A DNA stretch of 64,000 nt, from positions 42,968,001-43,032,000 of the forward strand of contig NW_024704743.1 of the NCBI RefSeq assembly GCF_018977255.1. The letters run 5' to 3'. Source of the stretch: Callorhinchus milii (taxonomy: Eukaryota). The position numbers and the translations under genes are program-made. This document shows positions 42,801 through 54,057 of this stretch, in pieces; within the stretch, counting starts at the first letter, position 1; every line of letters begins with the position of its first letter. A model generated the notes under the pieces. The model saw only the letters and a program-made list of their open reading frames with translations, ran no database searches and had not been told where the DNA came from.

Positions 42801-45800
42801 TTCCATCAGCAGCAGCAACAACAAATTAAATTTGTGTAGCACCTTTCACATCAGCAATCTATTTGGGGTGTGGCGCATCATAAATGAGCCCAATTCTGCC
42901 CTCTTCTGATGTGCACAAGGAGGGAGTTTAATTCAGTTATGTAGGGTGATGTAGGGTGGTCTGAAATGCTGTACACTGTCCAGCGGCTTGGGACATACTC
43001 CCGACGTGAAAGGCGCTGTACAAATGTAATCTTGTTGTTGTTATTGTTCATTTAAAATTAAGATTAATACTGCCCATGAAATGGCAGGTATAGGCAATGC
43101 ACTGTTAGATAGTATAAGAATACAATATTAGTACAATCAGTAATTACCTTGACATTGGCCTGTACGCATGTCCATTTGTGTCCAACCCAAGTAAATGGAG
43201 GAAATAAACTATCTTGTCTTCTCTCATTTTATCTAAGAGAATTTTGTTACTTGCAAATTCAAAAAATTCCTAAAGGAAATAAAACAAGAATATAACATAA
43301 CGATACTAAGTTATTTTGCAATGAGCATTTCAACAGGACAGATAACCTATCTGGATATCTGGAAAAAATGCTTTCATTTCATTACCTAAGGATTATGCAG
43401 TACTGAAAGTGCGTATTTTTCTCTAATAAGCTACAATCTTCTCTATACCAGGGGTGGGCAAAATACAGCCCACAGACCGTATCCGGCCTGCCAAATGATT
43501 CTATCCGGCCCGTCATTGTGTCGAGCAATAGAAAAAATTATAGTTTGTTCAGTCCCAGAAAATCCAACAAATTTCGAATTTGAATCAGACCGGGAACATC
43601 AGCCAATCACATTGCTTAGTTGTGCGCACGCTCCCTTAAGTGTCGAATCAGACTGACGTCAGAAATGAATGGATTGGAAAATTTTCAAACACGCACGCGC
43701 GACAACCACGGCAATACTTTTCACTGAAGACGACGTTAATTCAAAATGAGTTTATCAAAGAAGCAGAAAGTGGACGCTGAAGGCCGAATATTCAACAAAG
43801 AATGGACTTCTAAATTTTTTTTACTAATGTGGGTGGAAAAGCTGTGTGCTTAATTTGCAAAGAAAGTGAGGCAGTGCTCAAAGACTCCAACTTGAATCGC
43901 CATTTTGAGAGCAAACATGCTTGCAAACATAAGAACGTTTCTGCTGCAGAAAAAGGAAAGAAAGCTGATGATCTCAGCTGATGGTTGTTCGAACGCAAAA
44001 AGAGCAAAGCATTTTCACAAAACAATTTGCGTTCCAGGATGAGATTACAAGAGTGAGTTATGTGATTGCACACAAAATCATGAAGAACAGCAAACCATTC
44101 TCTGAAGGAGAATTTATAAAGGAATGTATAGTTGACTCTGCTTCGATTTTATGACCAGACAAGAAAAAACAGTTCGAGAACATTAGCTTGTCAAGGTGAA
44201 CTATTGTGAGACGTGTCGAGGATATCTCTGAGAACCTGCATCTACAGTAACAAAATAAAGTAAGCAATTTTGCATGTTTTTCACTGGCACTCGATGAGAG
44301 TTGTGATGTCAAAGACACAATCCAGCTGATAATTTGTATTCGAGGTATCACCAAACATTTTGAGCTCACAGAAGAATTGGCATCAATGCAGTCAATGAAA
44401 GATACGACAACTGGAGAAGACTTTTTGGAGGCAGTAAATAAGTGTATCTTAAAATTAGGAGTGGGGTGGAAAAAATTGGTGAATGTGACCACTTGATGGA
44501 AGCCCAAATCTGACAGACAAAAATGTTGGGTTACTGAAAAGAATTCAAGATCAAGTCAAAGAAACAAATCCAGAACAGAATATTGTTTTTCTACACCGCA
44601 TTATCTACCAAGAGGTCCTCTGTAAGAGTGTTCTAAAACTAAGCAATGTCATGGACACAGTTACGAAAGTGCTCAACTGCATTTGAGCAAGAGGATCAAA
44701 CCACAGGCAATTTGTAACTCTGCTTGAGGAATTGGAATCCGAGCACACGGATGTTCTGTATTGCACGAATGTAAGATTGACTTAGTTTAGGAAAGGTCTT
44801 GAAAAGAGTGTGGGAACTGAGAACAGAGATTGATTTATTTTTGGACATAAAACAAAAAGATTCGGATTTCCCACAGCTGAATAATGCAAATTGTCTCTCT
44901 GATTTCACATTTGCCATTGATATCATGGGCCGCATGAATGAACTGAATTCAAAACTGCAATGGAAGGGGGACTTTGTGTATGAATTGTGTTGCAGTGTCA
45001 AGTCATTTATGACAAAATTATTTATTTTATTGCGTCAGATAGGAAACAGGCAGTTCACCCACTTTCCAACTTTGCAGCAGGTTACTGTTTGTGATCAAAG
45101 CCTTAAAAAGTATATTTCGTCACTACTTGACTTACGTGCTGAATTTTCTCGCCAATTCCAGGATTTTAATTTGATTGAAAACGACCTGTCTTTGGTCTCT
45201 TCACCTTTCTGATTTGATGTTGACAAAGCCCCATTTGACCTCAAACTCAAGCTTATTGACCTGCAATGTGATCCATTGCTTGCGGAGCAATTCAAATCAG
45301 TGCTGCTTGCCAGTTTTTACATCTCTCTTAATGAATATACCTTTCCAAAAATAAAGACTCATGCCCGGAGGATGCTTGTGCTGTTTGGATCACCATACAT
45401 ATGCGAGGAGACATTTTCTATGATGAAATTCAATAAATCAAAACATATCTGTGATGACCGATGACCACCTTGCAGCAGTCCTCCGCATTGCAAAAATGGA
45501 GAAGATGCCTGACTTCAATTGTCTGGTTAACGCACATCAGCACTTTCATTCTTCCCATTGAGTGAGCTTCTCACATTCTCATCAATATGTGAATAAATTA
45601 ATAAATATCGAATAAATGTCTGCTCAATGAGTTGTTTTTATTTAACCTAATTTTAATGAATATCATTTATATAGACTTTATTTTATGCATGTACAAGTGT
45701 AAGACTTGATTTTGAGCTATTATTAAGCATTTGCATCTATATCAAGTGTGTGGCCCGCGAAGCTTACCAAAACTCGTGAAGTGGCCCGCCAGCCAAAATA

Positions 45801-48800
45801 ATTGCCCACTGTATACTGTTCTATACTTTTCTATACTGATAAAACAACAATCTGTGTGTGTGTGTGTGTATATATATCAGATCTCAATGACCGATTGATG
45901 TAGAGACATGATTTATATCTCATCGGAAAGGTCTTTCATCTGGGATTGTTGTAGGCATTTTTGTTTTCTCAGATCTGCTATCATTGACGAGCTGTGGCCT
46001 AAACAAGCTCATCACACATGTATGGCAATTTTTTTCGTTTTGTGCTGCAGTTACACCTGATGGTCGCTTTAGGTAGTTGGTTTTAAAAATAGCTTTGTTA
46101 ATCCTAGCTGATTTTGGGCGAAAAAAAGCATTGATGACTTTGGAGGAGGTCTGCTGTTTGGCCTCTCGTTGGGGAATGGGCTGAGGTGCCGGCTGACCCA
46201 AGAAAGTCAAAATGCAAATACCTTTTTTAAAAAATAAATCAATGACCTTCAATTAAAAAAAAGAGAAATTTCCCTGTTTAATTTTAATGCTTTCCTTACA
46301 CTTCAGACTCCCAGTGTCACACACAAAATACAGGGTGGGATCCAGCTCAAAGGCTGTACCAATTCCCCCAGAAACAGTGAGTAGGAGATGCCCCGCAGAA
46401 GTGAAGAGCCTGTCATTGTGGTGCAGTCTCATTAGTTGTGCATTGGAGGAGTTTGGGCATCATTTAATCAATAAATCAATGAAAATTGCCCCCCATTTCT
46501 TTGAATCTGACTTAAAAACAACACATTCTGGCTTCTGAACCAGATACCAGCAGTGGATATCTGGTTGCTTTTTCATTAGAGAAAACCTTCAAACTAGCAG
46601 TCGGTCTAATTCAGTGCTCAATAAGCTGTGGAGACTTTATAAATCTCCCAAATGTTGGGAATGCGGAGTCAACAAGGCTGTAAGAATGTTTCACACGATT
46701 ACTTAAGAAGCATCATTTTAATATTTAATGACGTTATGAATTATAACTACCATAATGAAATATTGTTTGTTATCAAGTTCAATATGAGAAGACAAGCAAA
46801 CATGCTACAGGTTAGCACTCCATCTAACTTGTTTTTTGTGGGGGTGAGTGCGCTGTCTTTCGTCTTTCCAGTGTACTGAGTCAACAATATCCCATTCTAG
46901 ATCTAAGTTCCAAAGAGAGTCAGTTACAGAAAAACGTGAACTTTTCTGCACTGATGTTAACACACTATCAGTCTCCCTCCACCCCCATGCTCGATTACAT
47001 TGATAAAGCAAAATTATAAGAAATACAGGGTTGGGAGATACATGGCAAAATTATTTGTCCATGTAAATTATGAATTAACATAATTCATTTATATATTCTC
47101 CAAAACTGATCATATGAAAGATTAGGATGAAGAAGACCCTTTGGTTCACTTTAAAAGTAATAATCTTCGTAACCCTAATTATAAGGTAAATTACAATAAT
47201 TACATAAATCGCTTTATAGCAAAGAACTAGTTAAAAAGGGAAGAAAAAAAAGGCAAATTTCCTGGAAGAAAGTCAGAATTTTCCATGTTTTTCATAAACG
47301 AACAAGCCAGAGTAAATACCTTTACTTCATTGAACACCCAAGTATCTAGTTTTGAAGCATCTTTAGCAGCAAAGTCTTCATTCTCAGATGGGTACATATA
47401 CGTGTGAATATGATCACCGCTGGCACCTAAGTCACAAAGTTGTACTATTAAGAAAAAAAATTCCACATCACCTATAACATTGAATCATCTCAAACTGCTT
47501 CACAGAATTATTAAGTGTATTGACATTTTTTGTAGGTAAACATAGTAGCCATTTTTCAATAAGCAAAGTCCAATAACCAACCAGCAATGAATGGAATGAT
47601 CAAATTATTAGGCATATAATTGTTGGCCAGGACATCATCCCACTCAACAGGCATATAGGGCCTTGATTTAACATCTCATCCGAAAGTCAGCATCACCGAC
47701 AATGCAGTGCTGCATTGGAATGTCAGGCTTGATAGTGATCCCAAGTCCCAAAGTAGATTTGAGGCAGCATTCTTAAGAACTAGAGGTAAGAGTCCTGATA
47801 CTTCAATAATGTCAAGAAATCTGTTAAAACAACAACAACTTGGATTTACATAGCGCCCCCCACGCCGCACAGCGTCTCAGAGTGCTTTACAGTAACGGAT
47901 CCCGGGACCGAGCCAGTGGGAGGGGGAGGAAGGTGACCAAAGGCGCGGTCGAAAAGAAAGGTCTTCAGCAGAGACCTGAAAATGGGAAGGGAGGGAGCGA
48001 GACGAAGGGAGTGAGGAAGGCAGTTCCAGACCTTCGGGGCATAGTGGCTGAAGACACGGCCGCCAGGCAGTCAGTGCCAGCCAGTGCAGTCTGGAAAAGA
48101 CTGGGGTGATCGGGGAGCGGAGTTTCATGCGGGTGAGAATGCGGGCGGCAGAGTTTTGAACGATTTGGATTTTATGGATGGTAGTGGCTGGGAGACCGGC
48201 AAGGAGGGCGTTAGAGTAGTTCAGCCGAGAGGATTTCAACCACATGGTTCTCTTCACTGGTGACGCCTTGCCAGAGTGGTATGTGCAAAATAGCTTTGAA
48301 AGGTGTTTCACAAGGAGTCAAAGTAACATTTGAAAAATGTTAAAAGGAAATAATACTTATTCGTTTCCTGTACATTTTGCTAAAGCACTACAAATCTTGC
48401 TGAGTGCAGTTTGACTTTTACGTAAAACATGGGAAAACATTGCGAGTGCTGTGGCAAGCACTGATGTGAATGTAGTTAATATGATTAAGTATCATTTCAA
48501 TAAAGCATAAGTCAACCCAGACTACAGAGACCATGTCTATTTTTCTCCAACTGGTGCATTCAGCATAGATTAATGTTATTTCACCACATTTTGAAATGGA
48601 ATAGTGTATTGTGAACCTCACCTTTGGCGAACATAGGTAAAATGTCTGGACTTCCCCAGCACCACGTGGATTTGCTCTCATTAAAAATTGAATCGAATTC
48701 TACTGGGTTTTCTTTCCAACCTGTATAAATTGAAACATTTACTTTGAGTCAATAAACCAATTCTCATAGCTATTGTTTAAAGTAGTCCAACTTAAGCAAT

Positions 48801-51800
48801 TCATCGCTAACTAGGTTTTGTTAAACAAAGCCCTTCGGGACACTGGACTTTTCTTCCAGAATATGAGACCTACCATTCAAGATCCCCATTCATACATTCA
48901 AATGCTGCTACAGTCCTCATGATGTCCTTCAACCCTGTTGGCCCAGCCACTATCATTGCTCAGTGAACACCAACCAGCCTGCTTCATGTCCCTTGCTCCA
49001 TCTGCCTTCCATCAGCGGGTGGGACTTCAGCCATTCTGTCCACATTTTCTGGAACTCCATCCCGGTGTCCCTTGAACTTGTGCTTTCCATTACCTCATTC
49101 AAGGTCCATGTCAAAATGTACCTCTTTGACCATCAGTCATCTTTCCCCTCCCCACCCCCCTTTGACTTTCACCCTCAGCTCAGGTTTCCAGACAGCCGTG
49201 TTAAGCGTTTTGAGTGCTATATAAATGTAAATCATACTTCTTTGTCCAATAACAGAATTTTTCACTTTTTTTAAAACAAGCCTTAAATCTTTTACCCCCT
49301 TCTCGGTAGCTCATTCCAGCTACTAACTACTTCTCCATAAAGAAAAACTGCATTGCATGTGTCCTAAAAATGCAAAAATAGCATTGGTTTTATTACTGGA
49401 ATGGGATGGTACACAATGGGAAAAGGTACAACACCAGATTTCTTAACACTATATGATTAAACACATGAAAAATTCAATAATTCTCCATCTCTTATTTGTA
49501 AAAGCAAAATATACAAATACTGTTGGCTCAATTCGTACAAAAATACTTTTTGAAAACGTTTATCAAATGACTGCAAATTATGTAAGTATCTCTCAAGTTT
49601 CACTTGATGGTAATATTGGGATCTATTTACCACATTGCATAAACATAAAAAGGTTCTCTATAACTGTCATTCTCACCACTAACAACAGTGTTAGTGGTGG
49701 GGCAAGGAGTAACTGTTCTTTAGTTTTTTAAACAGTGTACATTTGGATTATTTTCCCCACTGAAAATAAATATTTAAGAGTGATGGAGGAGGGAATACTA
49801 TTTATACACAATATTAATATGAATATATATTGATATAAATACACATTTTACACTTTTAAGAGAGGGTATAAGCAATAAATAAATTAATTAATTATTGATT
49901 TCACAATAGTAATTAGTTTGTAATTAGTTACTGGTTAGCCTCAATATCAGCAAAAACATTACAGTAAAGTTTACACTTATATAATGCCTTTCACAGTGGA
50001 AGGATGTCTCAAAGTTCTTTACAGACCCGAACTGAGGGGGAAGGGGTGATAGGAGCGGAGTAAGGTCAAGGATAGGCAAAAATAATCAAATGCACAGTCG
50101 CAAACATGTGTTAAAAGGCTTGAAGGGGGGGCAAGGTAGAGGGACACCAGGATGGATTTTCAGAAACAAGAGCAGAATGGCTGAAAGCTCATTCACTGAT
50201 GATGAGAGGGCGCGTATCTGTTTGGGACATGAAGCAAGCCACTGCTAGCTAAGCGGAGGGAACGGCTGGGTTAGTAGGGTTGTAGGAGGTCGCAGAGGTA
50301 GGGTGGGTGAGGCATGGAGGAATTTGTACATGTAGACAAGGTTTTCCAACTCGAAGAGCAAATCATACCTCTAGCAACAGCACTGACATCCTCATAAAAC
50401 CCAGCAATCAGTGCTACGTGACCAGGCCTCGACTCAGTGGGAACTCGTGTGTGAGACACACCCCAACTTCCACTACGCTCCACCACATTCCTACACACAA
50501 AACAATTTAGAAATGAAGGGGAGGGGGAATATTAAGACTAACCCAGCCTGCAAGGCAGAATATTTATTTTTACCCTTACGCAACACTAAACAAAACCTGA
50601 GAAATATGTTGGCACTGTATTATTTATAAATCAAAATAGCTGACAATTTTTTTTGTTCTTGTCGAATTAACACTGTTGGATAGGATTGTTACTCAGTCAT
50701 ATCTCAGTGAATGAACTGGTTGGGCTAATTCAACTCCGGTACAGTGCTGGGTAATTTTTTTCAATGTCACTTTCCCCAATCAGCACTTAATGAATTCACA
50801 ATAGAGATAAACAGGAAAAATAATCAGATTGTAATCATAATTCTTCTATGTACTAATTATTAAAAACAATTCTGATCTGGTGGCAGAAGTGCTGGAGCTC
50901 CATCGTGTGGTAGGTCAGAGTTGTGCAACATGGGTTTGTGACCCAAATATACTTGTTTTTTTTAAGTACCAGCAAGATCATACACTGGCATGACAGACAC
51001 AGACTTGCAATGCCATTTCCTATAATATGCTTCATGCATGCACAGGCCTTTGAAACTGTTTCCCTATCACTACTAACCTTCCTTAAGTTGAATACTGACA
51101 AGACAAAGCCATACTCCTTGGCTCCCGTCAACATCTCTCCTGCGGCTCTAACCACTTCAACTCCCCGGCCTATCCCAAAGACTTACCGAACCTTGTATAA
51201 CCTAGGCGTCAGGTTCAAAACCACAGCCCCTTCCTATCCCACATCCGGTCCCTGACCAGGGCCACTTTCCTCCACCTCCTTCACATTGCACACCTCCAAT
51301 CATACCTCACACCCCCAACACAGCCTGAACCCTCATCCAAGCTATTGTCACTTCCCACCTTGCTTATTCCAATGCCCTCCTCGTTGATCTCCCCAGTTCC
51401 ACTATCCATGAAATCCAACTAATTAAAAATTCCACTGTCTGTATATTTACCCGCACTAAATTCCTTACCCCAAGCACACCAATCCTGGCCGGGTTCCACT
51501 ATCACAGAACGGATTGACATCAAGATCCTCCCACTGGTCTACAAATCCTTTCTTACCCTGGCATCTCCCTACCTTGCGACCTGGTTACTCCCCACTCCAC
51601 TACCCATGGCTCCACTTGACTGACTCCAGCCTCCTGTTTGACTCTCGTCCCCTCCGCTCCACCATCAATAGCTGTGCTTTCAGCCACTATGCTCCGAATC
51701 TTTGAAACTCTCTCCCTCAATCTCTCCACCTTTCTCCTTCCTTCCCCATGTTCAGGTTACACTTGAAGACCTTCCTCTTCAACCGTGCTAACAGTCACCT

Positions 51801-53225
51801 TCCCTTCCTTTGCTTGGCGCCAGACTCCAGCATTGTCAAGCTTTCCAAGACACTACCTTGTGTGAAGGGCACTATATAAATGCAAGTTGTCGTTCTTGTT
51901 AAATAATGGAAGTGGAACCATGACATGTTTTGATATTGAGGCACATCTTTTGGGCTGTTTCCAAAAACAAATTAGCATTATACCACAAGAAAAATACAAT
52001 TTCTCAATTCATACCATTCCCAAGGTATACAGTAATAATAATAATAATAATAATCCTTGCATTTGATATAGCGCTTTTCACGTCGGGAGGACGTCCCAAA
52101 GCGCTTCACAGAACACACTGTAAAGTGAATTGACTGTATATTTGTGGGCGAACGCGGCAGCCAATTGCGCACAGCAATGTCCCACAAACAGTATTGGATT
52201 TTATGATGCTAAAGTGGATTAACATTTGAATCAGAACTGTATGCTACTTATTGATGACACACTTCTAATGAATTTATCGCTCAAAGAACAAAATCCCTTA
52301 CCAAGGAGCAATGATTCCCACACATTGAGCTCTTGATTTCAATCATGCCATTGTCAGCAGTTGACAAACAAAACAGAAGTACTTCACAGAAATAAAAAAG
52401 ATACAATACTAAGTTTTATTCCTTTTTTAAATAAGATTCTGTCACTTGCTCTAAGGACATTAGAATAATCCTTTATACCTCTCTAAGCTTTTTTTAAAAA
52501 AATAACTTTTTCTACTTTCAAAAGCTGACCTTTCTTCTTCCGCAGAGATTATTGTTGAATGTAGAAGTAACTTTTTTTAAGGAAATATTTTTGCAGCCAA
52601 AAACATCAGGTAAAAGACTGAAGATGCCACAGCCATATCGTAAAAGCAACCCCCATCAATCTGCCCAGATGTTTGTGTCTGATATAGGAAGTGGAAGTCA
52701 CATTAGCAGGCTTATTTGGATCATACCCTAACATTTAATGATGTTGTCAGCAGTCTTATGGCTTTACATCATCCCCTTAGCTTCTGTAATATTCCATGAT
52801 TTTATTACAATAGTTAGAAAAATAGATGGAAATGACTTAAATGAGCTAAGTGAACACCTCACAGCCAAGCAGGCCATGAATAGAGGCCGGAGGAGGTCCA
52901 CTAATGGTCCTTGGCCCTTGAATTCTTTTTCCGTCTGTGTTTTTAAGATGTTGAACAGATTGTTCAACTAGATTGTTCAACTAAATACACATAAATACAC
53001 ATACCTGAGGAACGGTGAACGCGTTTGCCCTTGCTCATCCAGCTCAAAAAAGGTGTCTGCACGTAATCCATCGGCAACAAAGAAGACAAGACGCTTAGCT
53101 GGTGGGGGCAGTGGTGTTTGATGAGGAGTCATTCCATGCACCAGTGGAGAGGTGAAGTAGATATCAAAGATGGAGGCAAAAAACACAACATGCACCAGCA
53201 ATCCAATTAAGAAAAATGCCAACAT
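795..53225 (-). CDS. PIGN: PIGN (GPI ethanolamine phosphate transferase 1), spliced CDS span, 26 coding exons, 3'-incomplete in window
   Basis: Exons translate to the PIGN/Mcd4 sequence with alkaline-phosphatase-fold motifs [30 protein letters not shown] and a multi-TM C-terminal region. Exon lengths sum to 2622 nt with consistent phases. Confidence 0.98.
965..1038 (-). CDS. PIGN: PIGN coding exon 25
   Basis: [24 protein letters not shown]; 74 nt. Confidence 0.96.
1155..1970 (+). mobile_element. CR1 LINE 3' fragment interrupted by a SINE (about 1400-1708)
   Basis: CR1 ORF2 C-terminal motifs (LEQ.RLRG.LIEVFKI, WNAL..RVVE) and terminal (ATTCTATG)2. Confidence 0.88.
1400..1708 (-). mobile_element. 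SINE family A (tRNA head, L2-type tail, (TTA)n)
   Basis: Shared core and tail with many copies in the window. Confidence 0.85.
2161..2424 (+). mobile_element. SINE family A
   Basis: cagggcgaaaccttgggcaagtttccttactccac...gggacattgctgtgcgcaattggctgcc...(TTA)n. Confidence 0.88.
3270..3800 (-). mobile_element. L2 LINE fragment
   Basis: [32 protein letters not shown]. Confidence 0.88.
5411..5486 (-). CDS. PIGN: PIGN coding exon 24
   Basis: [25 protein letters not shown]; 76 nt. Confidence 0.97.
5883..5938 (-). CDS. PIGN: PIGN coding exon 23
   Basis: [18 protein letters not shown]; 56 nt. Confidence 0.96.
5939..6604 (-). other. U12-type (minor spliceosome) GT-AG intron of PIGN
   Basis: 5'ss GTATCCTTTT (6604-6595); branch TACCTTAAC (5960-5952) about 14 nt before AG; no long polypyrimidine tract. 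Confidence 0.92.
6605..6691 (-). CDS. PIGN: PIGN coding exon 22
   Basis: [29 protein letters not shown]; 87 nt; followed by U12-type donor GTATCCTT. Confidence 0.96.
7920..8280 (-). mobile_element. L2 LINE fragment
   Basis: [13 protein letters not shown]...LWKTLP...HLKTF. Confidence 0.88.
8532..8634 (-). CDS. PIGN: PIGN coding exon 21
   Basis: [34 protein letters not shown]; 103 nt. Confidence 0.97.
8635..11445 (-). other. U12-type (minor spliceosome) GT-AG intron of PIGN
   Basis: 5'ss GTATCCTTTC (11445-11436); branch-like CCTTTAAC (8658-8651) about 17 nt before AG. Confidence 0.88.
9757..10025 (-). mobile_element. SINE family A
   Basis: B-box GGTTCAATTCC on - strand; shared core and tail. 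Confidence 0.88.
11446..11548 (-). CDS. PIGN: PIGN coding exon 20
   Basis: [35 protein letters not shown]; 103 nt; followed by U12-type donor GTATCCTT. Confidence 0.96.
12830..13160 (+). mobile_element. Degenerate CR1 fragment
   Basis: CR1 ORF2 C-terminus-like sequence. Confidence 0.6.
14205..14313 (-). CDS. PIGN: PIGN coding exon 19
   Basis: [36 protein letters not shown]; 109 nt. Confidence 0.96.
15195..15309 (-). CDS. PIGN: PIGN coding exon 18
   Basis: [38 protein letters not shown]; 115 nt; phase-consistent. Confidence 0.92.
15435..15863 (-). mobile_element. SINE family B (tRNA head + Deu-like central domain + L2 tail; SacSINE/DeuSINE-like)
   Basis: Head tgtcagcctggttcagctggcagcacacttacctctgactcagaaggttgtgggttcaagccc; related copies at about 25900-26240, 30295-30590, 33560-33870, 36850-37140, 47470-47800. 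Confidence 0.8.
16421..16512 (-). CDS. PIGN: PIGN coding exon 17
   Basis: [30 protein letters not shown]; 92 nt. Confidence 0.96.
17089..17181 (-). CDS. PIGN: PIGN coding exon 16
   Basis: [31 protein letters not shown]; 93 nt. Confidence 0.96.
18358..18454 (-). CDS. PIGN: PIGN coding exon 15
   Basis: [32 protein letters not shown]; 97 nt; donor GTAAGT. Confidence 0.93.
18745..19140 (+). mobile_element. L2 LINE fragment
   Basis: [35 protein letters not shown]2 tail. Confidence 0.9.
19818..19960 (-). CDS. PIGN: PIGN coding exon 14
   Basis: [47 protein letters not shown]; 143 nt. Confidence 0.95.
20804..20981. mobile_element. Putative MITE (Tc1/mariner-like)
   Basis: 11-bp perfect TIR CAGTGAGTACA / TGTACTCACTG; TA on the right flank, TG on the left. 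Confidence 0.5.
21223..21405 (-). CDS. PIGN: PIGN coding exon 13
   Basis: [61 protein letters not shown]; 183 nt. Confidence 0.97.
21476..22488. repeat. C-rich (G-rich on PIGN sense strand) degenerate minisatellite, about 19-24-bp units CCCTCCCTCCCCGCTCTGCCC, split by a SINE
   Basis: Read directly; 21476-22045 and 22330-22488. Confidence 0.93.
22053..22327 (+). mobile_element. SINE family A inserted in a C-rich minisatellite
   Basis: B-box GGTTCGATTCC; (TTA)n; possible TSD CCACCTTG 22040-22047 / 22330-22337. Confidence 0.88.
22677..22755 (-). CDS. PIGN: PIGN coding exon 12
   Basis: [26 protein letters not shown]; 79 nt; phases match neighbours; donor GTAAGT. Confidence 0.92.
24060..24282 (+). 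mobile_element. CR1 LINE 3' end
   Basis: gatcagccatgatctt..gaatggcgg..aggctcgaggggccgaatg..ctcctaattcttatgttcttat. Confidence 0.88.
26836..27693 (+). mobile_element. L2 LINE 3' fragment (RT), internally deleted
   Basis: [19 protein letters not shown], (Y>C)[16 protein letters not shown]; (TTG)n tail. Confidence 0.93.
28442..28715 (-). mobile_element. Two tandem SINE 3' ends
   Basis: Two consecutive (TAA)n-tail units. Confidence 0.85.
29368..29685 (-). mobile_element. SINE family A, near full length
   Basis: Minus strand head tagctcaatggttagagcgcttgcctcgcaagcgagagacctgggttcagttccc (A box and B box). Confidence 0.9.
30679..30734 (-). CDS. PIGN: PIGN coding exon 11
   Basis: [18 protein letters not shown]; 56 nt; donor GTAAGT. 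Confidence 0.95.
30880..31226 (+). mobile_element. L2 LINE 3' fragment
   Basis: Same family as 18745-19140; (TTG)n tail. Confidence 0.85.
32776..32868 (-). CDS. PIGN: PIGN coding exon 10
   Basis: [31 protein letters not shown]; 93 nt. Confidence 0.96.
33212..33271 (-). CDS. PIGN: PIGN coding exon 9
   Basis: [20 protein letters not shown]; 60 nt; donor GTAAGC. Confidence 0.96.
36550..36590 (-). CDS. PIGN: PIGN coding exon 8
   Basis: [14 protein letters not shown]; 41 nt; CAG|GTAAAA. Confidence 0.95.
38810..39000 (+). mobile_element. CR1 fragment
   Basis: Q.RFTK.IPG....YE.RL..L..F.LE..LR.DL...FKI-like. Confidence 0.7.
39571..39687 (-). CDS. PIGN: PIGN coding exon 7
   Basis: [39 protein letters not shown]; 117 nt. 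Confidence 0.96.
40335..40531 (-). mobile_element. L2 LINE 3' end
   Basis: [16 protein letters not shown] plus tail. Confidence 0.9.
41114..41244 (-). CDS. PIGN: PIGN coding exon 6
   Basis: [43 protein letters not shown]; 131 nt. Confidence 0.97.
43148..43269 (-). CDS. PIGN: PIGN coding exon 5
   Basis: [40 protein letters not shown]; 122 nt; donor GTAATT. Confidence 0.96.
43449..45818 (+). mobile_element. hAT DNA transposon (Buster/Charlie/SPIN-like), near full length, decayed
   Basis: Left TIR CAGGGGTGGGCAAAAT; right end ATTGCCCAC...CTG; subterminal GGCCCG motifs; 8-bp TSD CTCTATAC (43441-43448) / TTCTATAC (45819-45826). Confidence 0.92.
43746..45561 (+). pseudogene. hAT transposase pseudogene (GTF2IRD2/SPIN-like)
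   Basis: [23 protein letters not shown]-like [16 protein letters not shown] (catalytic D), [12 protein letters not shown] (catalytic E), ends ...HFHSSH*; several stops and frameshifts. Confidence 0.9.
47320..47426 (-). CDS. PIGN: PIGN coding exon 4
   Basis: [36 protein letters not shown]; 107 nt. Confidence 0.96.
47829..48230 (-). mobile_element. L2 LINE fragment
   Basis: [14 protein letters not shown]...QNSAARILT...LHWL; (CAA)n tail. Confidence 0.88.
48622..48720 (-). CDS. PIGN: PIGN coding exon 3
   Basis: [33 protein letters not shown]; 99 nt; donor GTGAGG. Confidence 0.97.
49960..50310 (-). mobile_element. Degenerate L2 fragment just downstream of the coding exon 2 donor
   Basis: [11 protein letters not shown]2-like tail. 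Confidence 0.7.
50369..50490 (-). CDS. PIGN: PIGN coding exon 2
   Basis: [44 protein letters not shown] ends; 122 nt. Confidence 0.97.
51060..51900 (+). mobile_element. Older L2 LINE fragment
   Basis: LKLNTDKT, degenerate RLDY/FKIL region, tail gaagggcactatataaatgcaagttgt. Confidence 0.85.
52033..52200 (-). mobile_element. SINE 3' half, close to consensus
   Basis: Near-identical to the 28520-28690 and 2270-2424 copies. Confidence 0.88.
53005..53225 (-). CDS. PIGN: PIGN coding exon 1 (exon acceptor AG at 53260-53259, 33-nt 5'UTR part)
   Basis: [34 protein letters not shown]...ADGLRAD...SPFLR; donor AG|GTATGT; 221 nt. Confidence 0.97.
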
Positions 53226-53569
53226 GTTTAGAGATATATAGGTTCACTCCTCCAAAGACTGAAAATCAAAACAGAAGCATGAGTACATTCTTAGTGAATT
53301 GCTCCAGGTACGTAATATCCCCCGCTTCCCTCGAAAGTTAATTGTAAGAATTGGCAGGTAAATAAAAACACTATAAATAGTGATAAAAATTGTGATACTA
53401 GGGTTTCTAATTCCAATGCGTATGTATTAATTAGCACTAGAGGTGTTAATTAACAAATCACAACTCCCACCACTTAAGCCCTTTCAAAAAATTAGATCAG
53501 TTAAATAAACATAGAAAAGGTAGCAATAGTCCTTTGAACTGATTTTAATGTTAAGAACTTTAAATAACA

Positions 53570-54030
53570 GCAACAATTTGCACTTAAGAGAGCACCAAGG
53601 TGAACGTCTCAAAATGCTTTATAAAGGTCAAAAGGCCCCAGCTAGGAGAAATAGGGCGTAGACAAAGAGATAAATTTGTAGATGATCAATAACAGGGAGG
53701 AGTGAGACAGGGGGCCTTTGGAAAAGAATTCCAGAGAGCAGAGGCAAAGTGGCTGATTGTGGGGCAGAGTGTGCAGGGATATGAAGCAGGTCAGAATTGG
53801 CAGAGGTGGACAGAGTTGTAGCTTACAAGAAATCACTGGGATATGTTAGGGCAAAGCCATAAGGTAATTTGAAGGTGAGGATCCTAAATTTGTTCAGCGG
53901 GGGGAGCAGCGGAGCTGCATGAAGATGACAATAATGCACTTGCGAACATAGTGCTGGAGAGAAGATAATATTTTGAATTATATAGAACCTGTGAAAAGTG
54001 GAGCTGGGGAGGCCAGGGCACACGGCATTT
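53570..54030 (-). mobile_element. Degenerate L2 fragment
   Basis: FRILTFK, GLPSST; eroded tail. Confidence 0.6.
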
Positions 54031-54057
54031 GAAAAGTATGCAAAATAAATATGCCTG

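Noticed and set aside
45920..46252. 110-aa minus-strand ORF beside the hAT element
   Set aside because: No recognisable homology, and PIGN exons 4 and 5 already join in frame.
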